Assembly: GCA_050331735.1 (NCBI GenBank)
Contig: JBHJGN010000046.1
Span: forward strand, 19,424 to 83,423
Length of the DNA stretch: 64,000 bases
Direction: 5' to 3'
Source: Cyanophyceae cyanobacterium
GTDB lineage: Bacteria; Cyanobacteriota; Cyanobacteriia; Cyanobacteriales; JBHJGN01
This document shows positions 51,956-61,427 of the stretch, one piece after another (position 1 is the first letter of the stretch; each line of letters begins with the position of its first letter). A model generated the notes under the pieces. That model ran no database searches. It was given only the letters and a program-made list of their open reading frames with translations, and was not told the DNA's origin. The position numbers were made by a program, and so were the translations under genes.

Positions 51956-52768
51956 ATGGGTGAGGAGATGGCAAATTTAGAGATCAAACTGAAGCAGGCT
52001 CAGCTAGCCTATCAGATGGTGGCGCAAATGGGGCAATTCAAAGCGGGGTTTCTCGCTCGGACAGCTCACGAACTGCGCAGTCCCATTAGTAGCTTAATTG
52101 GCTTACATCAGCTGATTCTCTCGGATTTGTGTAGTTCGCCAGAGGAAGAACGAGAATTTTTGGCCCAGGCGTATCAGTCAGCTCAAAAGCTGATGAAAAA
52201 CCTAGACGAGATTGTAGCGGTGTCTAAGATGGAGTACGGCACCGATATTGTGGAGCTTCAGCCGCTACAGTTAGCCAGCATTTTTTCGGAAATCGAAAGC
52301 CGGACTCATCTCCAAGTCGCGAATCGCAATCTTCAGCTTCAGATTCATCCGCCCGATGCCTCTCTCGCCGTGATGGCGGACTGGAAACGACTGCTCCAGG
52401 TACTGATTAATCTGGTTGATATTGCGATCGCCTACAACCAAGAACACAGTATCAGAATCTCGGCTCAGGCTTCTGAAGACTCCCCGTGGGTACAAATCGA
52501 TATTGATTTTCAGTGTTCGGTCAGTTTTTTAAGCGAACCGATTGATTTACTCCAGCAAATTCCCGAACCAACACCAGAAGCCGCTAGAATCTATAGTCAA
52601 AAGCTAGAGCTTTCTCCGGGAATGAAGTTTTGGCTGGCTCATACTCTGCTAGAAGGAATGCAGGGACATCTTAAGTTATTGACCCCCGCAGACTCTGAGC
52701 CGCTGATGCGGCTTCAGTGTTCCTTCAAACGGGCAGCGATCGCTGAGTCTGCTCTCGAGTTAGGCTAG
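51956..52768 (+). CDS. HisKA-domain kinase-like protein with degenerate ATPase domain
   Basis: H-box AHELRSP; altered N-box; G boxes not recognisable. Confidence 0.8.
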   Translation: MGEEMANLEIKLKQAQLAYQMVAQMGQFKAGFLARTAHELRSPISSLIGLHQLILSDLCSSPEEEREFLAQAYQSAQKLMKNLDEIVAVSKMEYGTDIVELQPLQLASIFSEIESRTHLQVANRNLQLQIHPPDASLAVMADWKRLLQVLINLVDIAIAYNQEHSIRISAQASEDSPWVQIDIDFQCSVSFLSEPIDLLQQIPEPTPEAARIYSQKLELSPGMKFWLAHTLLEGMQGHLKLLTPADSEPLMRLQCSFKRAAIAESALELG

Positions 52769-53186
52769 CGGGATAGGAATTGTACAGCACCATCGTCGTC
52801 GTCTGGTTGGTTTGAAAACCAATGCGCTCGTAAAAATTCTGTTGGTGAGTGGTCATTAGGTAAACTCGCTCTACTCGACTCAGATGGGGGTGGCTCACCA
52901 CCGTTTCGACCAGCTTGCGCCCTAATCCAGCACCGCGATAATCGGGATGAATCACCACATCCCAAATCGTCGCGCGATAAATGCCATCAGAGGTGGCCCG
53001 GGCAAAGCCCACTAGACGCTCGCCATCCCACATGCTAATCACCGGATTGCTATAAGCGATCGCAATGTCTAAATCTTCCGCCTGGCGATCCTTTGCCCAA
53101 AATGCAGCAAGGGCAAACAGAGACTGTAGCTGCTTTAGATCTATTTTTGATTTGTCCGCACAAAATTGAATATGACGACAATCCAT
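52725..53186 (-). CDS. GNAT acetyltransferase
   Basis: FARATSDG and YRGAGLGR. Confidence 0.92.
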   Translation of the reverse strand: MDCRHIQFCADKSKIDLKQLQSLFALAAFWAKDRQAEDLDIAIAYSNPVISMWDGERLVGFARATSDGIYRATIWDVVIHPDYRGAGLGRKLVETVVSHPHLSRVERVYLMTTHQQNFYERIGFQTNQTTTMVLYNSYPASLTREQTQRSLPV

Positions 53187-53506
53187 CGGTTTTTATTTGA
53201 CTACTAGAAATGACAGGGAGCAGTTCCTGACTCTTGCACCGTCAACTGCTTAAACATCGTGCGGGAAAACCCGCTATCATCTTCAAAATTGTAGCCAAAT
53301 TGACAAAAAAGCGAGCCGATATTATCTGCATCTCTTGACATCAACACCCCAAGAAGAAAGTAACCAGCGGGAAATTGGGTATTCTACTCCACAGCAAGCA
53401 GTCTTCACGAGGAGAGAACGACTGATTACTGGTTACTGGTCACCGATCGCTGCTCCTCTGTGCGACGCTATTCTAGAGGCTGATTTATTTACCAAAACAT
53501 AGTTAG

Positions 53507-54592
53507 ATGCTCAACAAAAACATCGTTTTGGCAGTGATGCTGCTGTTTGTGCCCGTTTCTATTACCGCTCATTTTCTAGAGTGGGGCGAGGCAATTGTCT
53601 TTGTGACAGCCGGTTTAGGCATTGTTCCCTTGGCCGCCTTTATGGGAACGGCGACAGAGGAAATTGCGGTGGTTGTCGGACCTAACTTGGGCGGATTGCT
53701 CAACGCCACCTTCGGCAACGCGACCGAATTGATTTTGGCCTACATTGCTCTCAAAGAAGGGCTCATCAACGTGGTTAAAGCAACGCTTACCGGGTCGATT
53801 ATCAGCAATCTTCTCCTGGTTATGGGATTTTCCATGCTTTTGGGAGGATTGCGCTTCAAAGAGCAAGATTTTCAGCCAACTGCTGCTCGCCTCAATGCAT
53901 CATCGATGAACTTAGCAGTCATTGCTATTTTGCTGCCAACGGCGGTGCAGTATACCTCTACCGGAATTGGGGAAGAAACGCTTCAGCGCCTTTCCGTTGC
54001 CGTTGCTATCGTGTTGATTTTGGTATACGGATTAACGCTGCTATTTTCGATGAAAACCCATGCCTATCTCTATGATGTTGGCGTGGCAGAGTCAGAAACC
54101 GCCGGTGAAGATGCTGCCGAAAAACCGAATCTGTGGCTGTGGTTAGGAGTGCTGCTAGCGGTCACCATTACCGTTGCCGTCGAGTCAGAATTTTTAGTTG
54201 ATTCTTTAGAAGTAGCCACATCAGAGTTAGGGCTACCACAGCTATTTACTGGCGTGATTCTGCTGCCTATTATCGGTAACGCCGCTGAACACGTGACCGC
54301 CGTGACCGTTGCTGTCAAAAACAAAATGGATCTGTCTTTATCGGTGGCAGTCGGCTCCAGCCTGCAAATTGCTCTGTTTGTAGCCCCTCTGTTAGTTATT
54401 GCTGGGTGGGTGATTGGTCAGCCGATGGATCTTAACTTCAATCCCTTTGAACTCGTCGCCGTCGCCGTGTCTGTACTGATTGCCAACTCGATTAGTTCAG
54501 ATGGTCGCTCAAATTGGTTAGAAGGCACTTTGCTACTGGCCACCTATACAGTTATCAGTCTTGCCTTTTACTTTCATCCGGTGATTGAATAA
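53507..54592 (+). CDS. Ca2+/H+ antiporter (CAX/ChaA family)
   Basis: ATFGNATE and GNAAEH alpha-repeats. Confidence 0.95.
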   Translation: MLNKNIVLAVMLLFVPVSITAHFLEWGEAIVFVTAGLGIVPLAAFMGTATEEIAVVVGPNLGGLLNATFGNATELILAYIALKEGLINVVKATLTGSIISNLLLVMGFSMLLGGLRFKEQDFQPTAARLNASSMNLAVIAILLPTAVQYTSTGIGEETLQRLSVAVAIVLILVYGLTLLFSMKTHAYLYDVGVAESETAGEDAAEKPNLWLWLGVLLAVTITVAVESEFLVDSLEVATSELGLPQLFTGVILLPIIGNAAEHVTAVTVAVKNKMDLSLSVAVGSSLQIALFVAPLLVIAGWVIGQPMDLNFNPFELVAVAVSVLIANSISSDGRSNWLEGTLLLATYTVISLAFYFHPVIE

Positions 54593-54745
54593 GCGCCAGA
54601 GGCGCAGGGGAAGCAGCGAAGCTGCGGGAAAAGGGCCAAGGGAAAGGGGGCAAGGAAGTAATTACCAAGTTTTTTCTTTAGTCCTGTGCTCTTTCCCCGT
54701 CCTGAAAGGACAGTTTTTCCTTTCCCCTTCCCCGTCCCGTACTAG
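54593..54745. repeat. Mini-hairpin purine/pyrimidine repeat, copy D
   Basis: GCGCC-AGA-GGCGC, GCAGC-GAA-GCTGC and GTCCT-GAA-AGGAC between convergent genes. Confidence 0.8.
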
Positions 54746-54750
54746 AGACT

Positions 54751-55248
54751 TTACTTGAGTTGCCTGGTCAAATGACCTAATTCTGGCAAAATGAGCTGCT
54801 GGAGAGCTAGTTGAACGGCATTCGAGGAGCCGGGAAGGGAAAACACCAGCCGACGACGGTAGACTCCGGCAATAGCTCTAGAGGCGATCGCCCGCGAGCC
54901 AATTTCTTGATAGCTCAGAGCGCGAAACAGTTCGCCAAAGCCGGGTAAAGTCTTTTCGAGGAGAACGGCAAGAGCGTCAAAGGTGGTATCCCTCGGGGCA
55001 ATGCCCGTGCCGCCGTTAAAAATTAACGCCTCCAGGGTTGGGCGATCGCACAACCGCGCGAGCTGGTGCTGAATCTGTGCTGGTTCATCGGTAATGATGA
55101 GATACTCCTCAACGCGATGGCCAGATTTGAGCAGCAGCTCCCGAATCAATTTGCCGCTCCGATCCGTTTCGTAGGAGCGGGTATCGCTAACGGTAATGAC
55201 TGCACAGCTAACGACAATTCCTTCTGGATCTGGATGAGGAGTGCACAT
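54751..55248 (-). CDS. moaB: MogA/MoaB molybdenum cofactor biosynthesis protein
   Basis: TVSD, GGTG..PRD.T and LPGS. Confidence 0.92.
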   Translation of the reverse strand: MCTPHPDPEGIVVSCAVITVSDTRSYETDRSGKLIRELLLKSGHRVEEYLIITDEPAQIQHQLARLCDRPTLEALIFNGGTGIAPRDTTFDALAVLLEKTLPGFGELFRALSYQEIGSRAIASRAIAGVYRRRLVFSLPGSSNAVQLALQQLILPELGHLTRQLK

Positions 55249-55344
55249 AGCAGGAGGAGGAACGAACGAGGATGGCTCTTAATGCGACCGCCGTCAAAAA
55301 GCAGCAGTTGGATGACGAGCTTCTCGACCCGCCTATAGTTTTAC

Positions 55345-55680
55345 TCAAGATTTACTAAATTCCAAACCATTTTCCTCAGCGTACCGCTGCATAAACCTCA
55401 TGAAGCGCTCCCACTCGCCCGGAGAGTTCATGATCAAGACTGCTTCAAGAGCCTCAGGCTTGCCGTTGACAAATTTGCCCTTGACCTCTCGCGTCACAAT
55501 TTCTCCCTCTTCATCGATCATATACATCCCAGTGATATCTTCGGTTCTTTCACTACTTAAAACTTGAGGAGAATCAAAATAAAATGTAGCAGTACCACTT
55601 TGTTCGTCGCGAGAGCGAGTCAGCCGAACATCAGGAATAGTCGATTCTGCTGTACCTCTAGAAAACTGAATTTCAGCCAT
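55345..55680 (-). CDS. psb28: Photosystem II protein Psb28
   Basis: MAEIQF...DVRLTRS...[15 protein letters not shown]. Confidence 0.97.
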   Translation of the reverse strand: MAEIQFSRGTAESTIPDVRLTRSRDEQSGTATFYFDSPQVLSSERTEDITGMYMIDEEGEIVTREVKGKFVNGKPEALEAVLIMNSPGEWERFMRFMQRYAEENGLEFSKS

Positions 55681-55791
55681 AATTGTTGCTTTGTATGCTA
55701 GTTGTAGATATTTCTCTATCATCTCATAGAGAATTTCCCCCTGAACAGGATTAGCAAGAATCCTCATAAACACAGTACAGTATCGTCAGTT

Positions 55792-57264
55792 ATGCTACTT
55801 GAAGCCGCAGTCCACTCTGAACTACGAGCTTTTTTACGAGAGGAGGGTCAAAGCTGGACCCACAATTTGACCATGGCACGGCTGGTAGCGCGAGCCTTGC
55901 GCCTCGGTCGTTCAGCTCTCATTCAGACAGGAACGGCTCTCGGACGATACCGTTTGAGCTACCTGACTCCCGCCTTGCTCAGTCCTGGGCCGGTAATTAT
56001 TGCCTCCCCCCCGTTGGGCTTGCCAGCAACCCTGGCCCAGCTTCAGCAGCGTTTAGACACTAGCAAAGAAATCCGTTCCGGCGACTGGCTTGAGGCGGAT
56101 TTTCGAGGAGTCTTATTGACTACTCCTCAATCTTGGCTGGCCGACCGTCTCCACCGCCAAGGACGCTTTCCCCAGAATATCCCGACATTGATTGAAGGCG
56201 CTGACGATCTAGAGCCGTGGACAAGAAAGCAGCTAGAAGCTACTCTTGAGCCGCTGGATTGGGAAAAACTGCTTTACTGTTGCCCCCAACACGTCGAGCT
56301 GATCCGCGATATCCGCGCTCAGCTCACCCGGTCGATTCTCGCTCGTCCCCAGAACCCTTACGGCTGTTGTTTACTCGACGAGGCCGAACAACAGCTCCTC
56401 CACACTTTATTTGCAGGGTTAGCAACAGAACTATCTTCTAAGGTTGCTCGGTTTTGGCAGCAGTGGCAAACTGGCGAGCAAATTCTCTGGGCTTCGCTGG
56501 CAAGAGAAACCGGAAACTTCACGCTCCACCTCTCTCCTGGAGAAGTCGGAACGGCTCTTGCTCCTGTTTGGACTCAACAACCAGTCGTGTTAATGGGGAG
56601 CTTTTTAGACTGGGAATCTGAAGCTCCTACCTACCGTCAACAGCTAGGATTAGCTGACATTTTGTGTCTTAAGTTTTCCCCCGACCGCCAAACTGAGCAT
56701 ATTCAGCTTTACCTCCCCGACCGCTTACCGATGCCTAATACACCTCAGTTTCAAGGAGCGCTGGTCGAACAAGTGCGTTTGCTAATTAACCTCAGTCGCC
56801 GCCCGCAGCCCATTGTTGTGCTGGTCGATGATGTCCCCCTCAAAGCACAGCTAGGAGCAAAAATCGCCGCCGAATTTGGTTCAAGGGTTCAGGTAGAAAA
56901 GCGAGTGCCCGCTAGCGGTATTCTCGTCAGCGGCTGGCAGTTTTGGCGGCGGCATCAGACTCAGCTCCCTACTCCCCACCTATTAATTATTGCCACCCTA
57001 CCGCTGCCTTCGCTAGAAAATCCCTTAGTAGCCGGTCAAGTCGCTTACTACAAGCGTCAGCGCCAAGATTGGTTTCGTCTCTATCTCCTGCCAACAGCCT
57101 TAAGAGAACTACAGCGAGCCGTGATTCCAATTCGAGATTCTCAAGGAGTAGTGGCTTTGTTAGATAACCGCGTCAATCACCGCAGCTACGGCAGTCAAAT
57201 TCTCAATGCTTTGGAACCCTGCGCTCGCATTAACTACCTTGATGCTAGCTGGTTCGATCTTTAG
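55792..57264 (+). CDS. DinG-like helicase C-terminal domain protein
   Basis: Helicase_C_2-like IATLPLP and VALLDNR; Walker motifs degenerate. Confidence 0.8.
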   Translation: MLLEAAVHSELRAFLREEGQSWTHNLTMARLVARALRLGRSALIQTGTALGRYRLSYLTPALLSPGPVIIASPPLGLPATLAQLQQRLDTSKEIRSGDWLEADFRGVLLTTPQSWLADRLHRQGRFPQNIPTLIEGADDLEPWTRKQLEATLEPLDWEKLLYCCPQHVELIRDIRAQLTRSILARPQNPYGCCLLDEAEQQLLHTLFAGLATELSSKVARFWQQWQTGEQILWASLARETGNFTLHLSPGEVGTALAPVWTQQPVVLMGSFLDWESEAPTYRQQLGLADILCLKFSPDRQTEHIQLYLPDRLPMPNTPQFQGALVEQVRLLINLSRRPQPIVVLVDDVPLKAQLGAKIAAEFGSRVQVEKRVPASGILVSGWQFWRRHQTQLPTPHLLIIATLPLPSLENPLVAGQVAYYKRQRQDWFRLYLLPTALRELQRAVIPIRDSQGVVALLDNRVNHRSYGSQILNALEPCARINYLDASWFDL

Positions 57265-57381
57265 CTTGCTCAAAGCAGCCGGTTCCTCGGAGGGGGTCTC
57301 GAAGCGTACTTCTTCCGGCTGACCTTTAAGCAGCTTGACCTAAAAGCGCTACGATCGAGCTAATGGTTAAGAGGTGAAGTC

Positions 57382-57594
57382 ATGGGTGAAGCTAAACGCC
57401 GTCAGGCTGCGCTAGGAGACAAGTACGGTCAGGAAAAAACGATTCTTCCCTGGGTGCAGATTACTAAAACCCAAGCCGACCAGTTCATGAAAATTACGAC
57501 TAGAGTAAGCTGGATCGGGATTTTTCTGATGATAGCGGTCTGGCTGACTATCCGTGTTGTCGGACCCGCTTTTGGCTGGTGGACTCTCAACTAA
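57382..57594 (+). CDS. DUF2839-like protein
   Basis: MGEAKRR...R.VGPAFGWW. Confidence 0.85.
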   Translation: MGEAKRRQAALGDKYGQEKTILPWVQITKTQADQFMKITTRVSWIGIFLMIAVWLTIRVVGPAFGWWTLN

Positions 57595-57611
57595 GTGCAG
57601 TACATATTGGC

Positions 57612-57653
57612 TCTACCCCACGAAATGGTCTCTTTCTTGGGGTAGATTTTTTT
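57612..57653 (+). terminator. Rho-independent terminator
   Basis: TCTACCCCA...TGGGGTAGA followed by a T-run. Confidence 0.6.
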
Positions 57654-57802
57654 AAGGAAAATATCTCAAAAGGAAGATCCAGAGATTAAATTTTGTTTCT
57701 AGATTTGTGTATATGTTAAGCCAAGCTGGTTTAGGGTTTGGGGAAGCCGGAGCGGCAACCGCAAACCTTAGATGCAGTAACACAATAGTAGTAAGCAGAA
57801 TC

Positions 57803-59152
57803 ATGTCCATACCGTCATCCCCTCCTCCTCATGTTGTCATTGTCGGTGGCGGATTTGGAGGTTTATACGCAGCTAAAGCATTAGGTCGGGCTGCTGTGAG
57901 AGTAACGCTGATCGACAAGCGCAATTTCCATCTGTTTCAGCCTCTGCTCTATCAGGTTGCTACGGGAACTGTGTCTCCAGCCGATATTGCTTCGCCACTG
58001 CGAGCGGTGCTGAATCACTACGAAAATACGCAGGTTTTACTCGATGAAGTCGTCGATATCGATCCCGATCGCAAGCAAGTGGTAATGCGCTCTGGAAAAG
58101 TAGACTACGATACTCTGATTGTGGCTACTGGAGTCAGTCATCATTACTTTGGCAACGACGACTGGAAAGAAGTGGCTCCGGGACTGAAAACGGTAGAAGA
58201 TGCGCTCGATATTCGGCGCCGGATTTTTATGGCCTTTGAAGCGGCAGAGAAGGCGACCGCTCCGCAAGTCAAGCAAGCCTGGCTCACCTTTGTCGTTGTC
58301 GGCGCTGGACCAACCGGAGTAGAGCTAGCGGGGGCGATCGCCGAAATTGCCTACAGCGCCCTCAGAAAAGACTTTCGCAATATCGATACCGGGAGCGCGA
58401 AAATTCTGCTGCTCGAAGGCATGGATCGGGTCTTGCCTCCCTACCCGCCTGAACTATCCGCCAAAGCCGCTACCTCCTTAGCTAAGCTGGGGGTGACGGT
58501 GCAGACTAATTCAATTGTCACAGATATTGCCGATGACACCGTGACCGTTCGCCGTGGCGAGCAGCACGAACAAATTAATGCCCGTACCGTACTGTGGGCT
58601 GCCGGGGTTAAAGCATCAGCAATGGGAAAAATCTTAGCAGAACGCACCGGAGCTACCCTCGACCGAGCGGGGCGAGTCATGGTAGAACCAGATTTAAGCG
58701 TACCTGGCTATAGCGATCTGTTTGTGATTGGCGATCTAGCAAACTTTTCCCATCAGGGAGAGAAGCCATTACCGGGAGTGGCGCCCGTTGCTATGCAGGA
58801 AGGAGAGTACGTAGCTCAACTGATTAAAAGAAAGCAACAGCATAAATCTATGTCTGCTTTCTTTTATGTTAACCGGGGTAGTTTAGCCGTGATCGGACAG
58901 AACGCCGCTGTCGTCGATCTCGGCTTTGTGAAGCTGTCGGGCTTTTTAGCCTGGCTAATTTGGGTGTTTGCCCACATCTATTACCTGATTGAGTTTGATA
59001 ACAAGCTCGTAGTCATGATTCAGTGGGGCTGGAACTACTTCACCCGTGGCAGAGGAGCCAGACTGATTACTGGCTACGCGCTAGAGCCGATCGCGGCAGA
59101 TGCTGAAGCCGAATATCGCATTCCGGTTCTTAGCAAATCGACCGAATCATGA
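57803..59152 (+). CDS. Type II NADH dehydrogenase (NdbA-like)
   Basis: GGGFGG, FQPLLYQVATG and GAGPTGVELAG. Confidence 0.92.
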   Translation: MSIPSSPPPHVVIVGGGFGGLYAAKALGRAAVRVTLIDKRNFHLFQPLLYQVATGTVSPADIASPLRAVLNHYENTQVLLDEVVDIDPDRKQVVMRSGKVDYDTLIVATGVSHHYFGNDDWKEVAPGLKTVEDALDIRRRIFMAFEAAEKATAPQVKQAWLTFVVVGAGPTGVELAGAIAEIAYSALRKDFRNIDTGSAKILLLEGMDRVLPPYPPELSAKAATSLAKLGVTVQTNSIVTDIADDTVTVRRGEQHEQINARTVLWAAGVKASAMGKILAERTGATLDRAGRVMVEPDLSVPGYSDLFVIGDLANFSHQGEKPLPGVAPVAMQEGEYVAQLIKRKQQHKSMSAFFYVNRGSLAVIGQNAAVVDLGFVKLSGFLAWLIWVFAHIYYLIEFDNKLVVMIQWGWNYFTRGRGARLITGYALEPIAADAEAEYRIPVLSKSTES

Positions 59153-59167
59153 ACAAGTAGCTGGGCA

Positions 59168-59480
59168 ACTAGAGGAGGCAGAAGGGTCGCGTCCTCCTCT
59201 AGTTTCAAGAGTCCCCTGCTCTCCCTGAATGAATTCGGGGGCTTGAGACCAAGCTTCGGGTGCTAAACTTTGCCGGAGATGATCTCCGGCAAACAACTGA
59301 CACTGACAGATCTTCTCTTTCTAGATCGATTTGAAAAGTGGCCAACTCAACCTGAATTCGGGACAAGGAAAAGGACAGGAAGTAATACCAATTAGAAAAA
59401 GTAATGAAATTGGTTGGTTGGGGAAAATAGTTCGGTGTCGGAACGGGTCAAGGGGAAAAGGGCACCAGTTTTTCCCAGTT
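59168..59480. repeat. Hairpin-rich intergenic region with a degenerate repeat copy E
   Basis: AACTAGAGGAGG/CCTCCTCTAGTT; perfect 12-bp IR at 59269-59293; AGGAAGTAATACCAA shared with copy D. Confidence 0.6.
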
Positions 59481-59682
59481 AACTTCCAACTCTTTGATAG
59501 TTTGGGGAACTCTCTGACTACTTTTGATAAATGGTATAAGCTAAAAATTACCACTTTCTTCAGTGAGCCTGTCCTATGTCTAGTTTAGAAGCTTGATTTG
59601 GTCATGTAGATGCTTTCGAGAGTTAAACCTTAATGGCTTTCATCAACTGCTACATCACGGAGAAGAGTCAAACGAGTGCGAG

Positions 59683-60786
59683 CTAAAAGCCTGTGTTTAA
59701 GAGAGATAAAAATCGTTTAATTGTGCGAGTATTCTCCTCCGGGCTACCCACGGTGACTCGAATACCGCCACCTGTACAGCGAACTAAAGTCCCCTCAGCG
59801 ACGAGAGCTTCTCTCATCTGGTTTAGCGGAGTACCAGTCGTCGAACGGAGGTAGATGAAGTTAGCATCACTCGGCCACACTTGGAGCGATGTGTGCTCGC
59901 AAAGCGCTCGATACAGCCGCTCTCGCTCGCTTAAAATTGTTGCAATGGCTGGCAGAATGAGCCGCCGCTCCCTCAGCGCAGCCAGAGCCGCCGCCTGAGA
60001 GAATCCGGTCAGGTTATAGGGCAGGCGAATTTTTTCGAGAGCCGCAATCAGTTCAGGATGAGCGATCGCATAGCCAACGCGGTGAGTGGCGAGGCGAAAG
60101 GCTTTAGAAAAGGTGCGCAAAATCACCCAGTTGGGATGCTGAGCCAGTTCTGCGACGACAGTCGTTTGGCTAAATTCAAAATACGCTTCATCAACGACAA
60201 CCAAAATCTGCTCTGGTAAAGACCGCAGCCAGTCTAGTTCCGCAGGTGTCAGAGCGTTAGCTGTCGGCGAGTTAGGGTGAACCACAAACACCACTCTCAC
60301 TGGAGGCTGGTTCTCCCGTTTAACAATTGTTTGCGCCTCTTCTAGGTTCAGCGAAAAGTTTTCCTGACGCTCGATGCTGTGGACCGGAATGCCCAGAGTT
60401 TGCGACATGATTGCATACACGGAAAAGGTGGGTTGAGCCACTAATACAGACCCTTCTCCGCCTAGACAGGTGGCAATCAGCAGTGAACGAATCAGTTCAT
60501 CAGAGCCGTTGCCTACGGAAATGTTGTTAGGAGCGATCGCCGTAGTTGAGGCGGATTCGTTGACGTAGTCGGCGATCGCCTCTTTCAGTTCACTATGGGT
60601 AAGATCGGGGTAGCGATTGGTATTGATTTGCTGCTGATAAACCCACGTCAGCTTTTCTTTCAGTTCTAGTGGCAAATCGTAAGGGCTTTCATTGGCATCG
60701 AGTTTGTCGAGGGAATCTGCCCCCTCATCAGCATGAGTCAGATAGGGAGCTAACTGAGCGAGGTCAGAACGAATAAAATTGAGCAT
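59683..60786 (-). CDS. hisC: Histidinol-phosphate aminotransferase
   Basis: LDANESP, GNGSDE, DEAY and RTFSKA. Confidence 0.95.
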   Translation of the reverse strand: MLNFIRSDLAQLAPYLTHADEGADSLDKLDANESPYDLPLELKEKLTWVYQQQINTNRYPDLTHSELKEAIADYVNESASTTAIAPNNISVGNGSDELIRSLLIATCLGGEGSVLVAQPTFSVYAIMSQTLGIPVHSIERQENFSLNLEEAQTIVKRENQPPVRVVFVVHPNSPTANALTPAELDWLRSLPEQILVVVDEAYFEFSQTTVVAELAQHPNWVILRTFSKAFRLATHRVGYAIAHPELIAALEKIRLPYNLTGFSQAAALAALRERRLILPAIATILSERERLYRALCEHTSLQVWPSDANFIYLRSTTGTPLNQMREALVAEGTLVRCTGGGIRVTVGSPEENTRTIKRFLSLLNTGF

Positions 60787-60789
60787 GAT

Positions 60790-61383
60790 CTAGTGACTTA
60801 AGTACATATCAGACGTGGCATCGGGAAGCCGCCAGTAAAGACCGTTTTCTCGCTGCATTAAGCGATAGCCGACTAGTTCCCGTCTTAGCGTTGCGCAATC
60901 GGGGTGATGTCGCTTGATTATCTCATTAACCGTTTGCTCTGGATAGGTCGTTCCAAACTGAAAGCGATTAGCCAGCCATTTCAAAATTACCAGCCTTTTT
61001 TTGCGGCTAGCGGGAATTTCCTTGAGCAACGCACCATCCATGTAGTTTTTGAGAACTTTAGTTTCCCACGCATTCTGGTTACTATCGTCTACCCAAGTGG
61101 TCATCTGCTCTTGGCTAAACGCAATATTTAGCTGCTTCAGCGTCTCGTTATTGAGCTGATAGAGGTGAACATTGCCAACCGGACGCATCTGCACCAACTC
61201 CAGCGCCTTCAGTTTGCTCAAGTGGTGCGATACGGTGGGTTCAGTAAGCTCTAATCGGGCAGCAAGTTCCTCTACACTACATTCTTGCTGCGCTAAAATC
61301 CCGAGGAGCTTTAAGCGGCTTTCGTTAGCCAGCGCTTTAAAAAAATCCAGCAGCGTTTGAAACTGAACGTTTGCCTGTACCAT
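60790..61383 (-). CDS. ArsR/SmtB HTH plus DUF2087 regulator
   Basis: FKALANESRL...TVSHHL; IP..RKKR...LRREL. Confidence 0.9.
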   Translation of the reverse strand: MVQANVQFQTLLDFFKALANESRLKLLGILAQQECSVEELAARLELTEPTVSHHLSKLKALELVQMRPVGNVHLYQLNNETLKQLNIAFSQEQMTTWVDDSNQNAWETKVLKNYMDGALLKEIPASRKKRLVILKWLANRFQFGTTYPEQTVNEIIKRHHPDCATLRRELVGYRLMQRENGLYWRLPDATSDMYLSH

Positions 61384-61395
61384 GACCGAAACTAT

Positions 61396-61427
61396 TTTGA
61401 TACTTATCTAATTAGACTAGCATCAAA
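61396..61427. promoter_or_regulatory. 32-bp palindromic operator candidate
   Basis: TTTGATACTTATCTAATTAGACTAGCATCAAA, 12 bp upstream of the regulator start. Confidence 0.65.

Noticed and set aside
59321..59588. Two opposing short ORFs between the NDH-2 gene and hisC
   Set aside because: Lie over repeat-derived purine tracts and lack protein-like features
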